Shown here one piece after another: positions 63,202-64,000 of a stretch of 64,000 bases of DNA (within the stretch, counting starts at the first letter, position 1; every line of letters begins with the position of its first letter). Made by a program: the position numbers and the translations under genes. The stretch covers positions 4,601 to 68,600 of the forward strand of contig DASQGL010000074.1 in the NCBI GenBank assembly GCA_035632635.1. The letters run 5' to 3'. The notes beneath the pieces are model-generated. The model searched no databases. It saw only the letters and a program-made list of their open reading frames with translations, and was not told the DNA's origin. This DNA comes from Candidatus Limnocylindrales bacterium (GTDB lineage: Bacteria > Chloroflexota > Dormibacteria > CF-121).

Positions 63202-64000
63202 TCAGCCGGCGCTCGACAGCTCCGACGGCGCGCGTTCCGCCTCTTTCAGGATCTGCGCGAAGCGGTCCACCAGCCGCCGCTCCCACTGGCTGCCGGCGCC
63301 CTGGCGGAGGACCTCGAGCGCCTGCGCGGGTGACCGACGGGGCCGGTAGGGCCGATCGCTGGTGATGGCGACGAACGCGTCGGCCACCGCCAGGATCCGG
63401 GCGAAGAGCGGGATCCGGTCGCCCACGAGCCCGTCCGGATAGCCGGAGCCGTCGACCCGCTCGTGATGATGACGGACCGCCGGCAGAACCCGGTCGGCGT
63501 CCGGAATCGCCCGCAGGAGCCGTTCACCCTCCTCCGGATGGCGCATCACCTGGCTGAACTCGGCGGCATCCAGCGGGCCGGGCTTGGCGACGATGCTTCG
63601 CGGCACGGCAACCATGCCCAGGTCGTGCAGCAGCGCGGCGCGGTACAGCGGCGTGAGCTCGGTGTCGCTCAACCCGACGCCCGACCCGAGCTGGGTCGCC
63701 CAGTGTGCGACTCGCTCCGCCTGACCGCCGGCTGTGCCGTCGCGGTCGTCGACGGCCCGCGACAGGAGGACGACGAGATCTTCGAGATCGGCGATCTGTC
63801 GCTGGAGGCGGCGCAGCTGCAGACGGGCGTCGATCAGCGCCAGCACCATGCCGCGATCGACGGGACTGGAGGCCACGTCGTCGGCGCCGGCCTGACGGGC
63901 GCGATCCCGCGCGCCGGCATCATCCGAATCCGTAAGGAGGATTACGGGGATCGACCTCGTCGCCGGAGCGTCCTTGATCGAACGGCAGAGCTCGCTGCCC
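63202..64000 (-). CDS. response regulator with REC and HD-GYP domains (5' end outside window)
   Basis: It has the HD-GYP motifs HHERVDGSGYP and HD...H. The upstream in-frame sequence IPVILLTDSDDAGARDRARQAGADD is a receiver-domain C-terminus that runs to the window edge. Confidence 0.75.
   Translation of the reverse strand, partial: GSELCRSIKDAPATRSIPVILLTDSDDAGARDRARQAGADDVASSPVDRGMVLALIDARLQLRRLQRQIADLEDLVVLLSRAVDDRDGTAGGQAERVAHWATQLGSGVGLSDTELTPLYRAALLHDLGMVAVPRSIVAKPGPLDAAEFSQVMRHPEEGERLLRAIPDADRVLPAVRHHHERVDGSGYPDGLVGDRIPLFARILAVADAFVAITSDRPYRPRRSPAQALEVLRQGAGSQWERRLVDRFAQILKEAERAPSELSSAG

Overview
This is a high-GC (~70%), densely packed chromosomal window with about 60 protein-coding genes. 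I found no rRNA, tRNA, CRISPR array or transposase. Gene content suggests an Actinobacteria- or Chloroflexota-like organism: two F420-dependent LLM oxidoreductases, two LmbE/PIG-L deacetylases, a SCO1664/DUF3090 pair, a ClgR-like regulator next to clpP, and a form-II CO-dehydrogenase-like cox cluster. Two organisation features recur: many adjacent genes overlap by 4 nt (ATGA/GTGA, indicating translational coupling), and several promoters place a -10 hexamer only 6-9 nt from the start codon (leaderless-type).

Main blocks, in order:
- 1-7964: reductive pyrimidine/hydantoin catabolic operon (NCS1 permease, F420-LLM, beta-ureidopropionase, dihydropyrimidinase, mmsA, beta-alanine aminotransferase, DUF1801).
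- 7975-10554: LOG, a two-HKD PLD-like protein and a membrane protein.
- 10533-11761: the conserved SCO1664-family kinase-like protein and DUF3090 pair, function unknown.
- 11961-14645: a NarL-type two-component system coupled to a second F420-LLM.
- 14642-18683: fumarase/aspartase family gene, then MOSC, amidohydrolase-2 and MFS genes.
- 19922-22352 (minus strand): a putative DNA-repair-like operon of radical SAM SplB-like, Zn-ribbon and MBL exonuclease genes, ending in a 19-aa very basic peptide ORF with a strong SD and terminator.
- 22380-32159: lytic transglycosylase, etfBA plus LmbE, clgR-like plus clpP, transsulfuration genes and ispH.
- 32262-35500: an island with an orphan AAA+ ATPase, hypothetical genes and an AT-richer intergenic region carrying a near-consensus sigma70 promoter.
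- 35498-39706: ligD (PE-Lig-Pol) coupled to a MazG-like NTPase, without Ku, then an M20 hydrolase.
- 40126-43729: a CBS-pair protein, a CBS-GltD-like-2x[4Fe-4S] fusion and a CcsA-like heme-handling membrane protein.
- 43780-50941: MFS, tldD/pmbA, PHP, a tandem GNRA-hairpin repeat and a DUF3048 lipoprotein.
- 51075-63010: coxSLM, coxDE, xdhC, moeA-like, coxG and mocA, interrupted by an oppositely oriented ALDH and an Orc/Arch-type ATPase whose starts are each preceded by the same 19-bp palindrome.
- 63202-64000: a REC-HD-GYP response regulator, truncated at the window edge.

The best candidates for undescribed biology are:
- the CBS-GltD-like-ferredoxin fusion next to a CcsA-like protein,
- the orphan AAA+ ATPase island,
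- the F420-LLM that sits where dihydropyrimidine dehydrogenase would be expected,
- the ligD-mazG coupling,
- the radical-SAM/exonuclease/basic-peptide operon,
- the SCO1664/DUF3090 pair,
- the shared palindromic operator in the cox locus.
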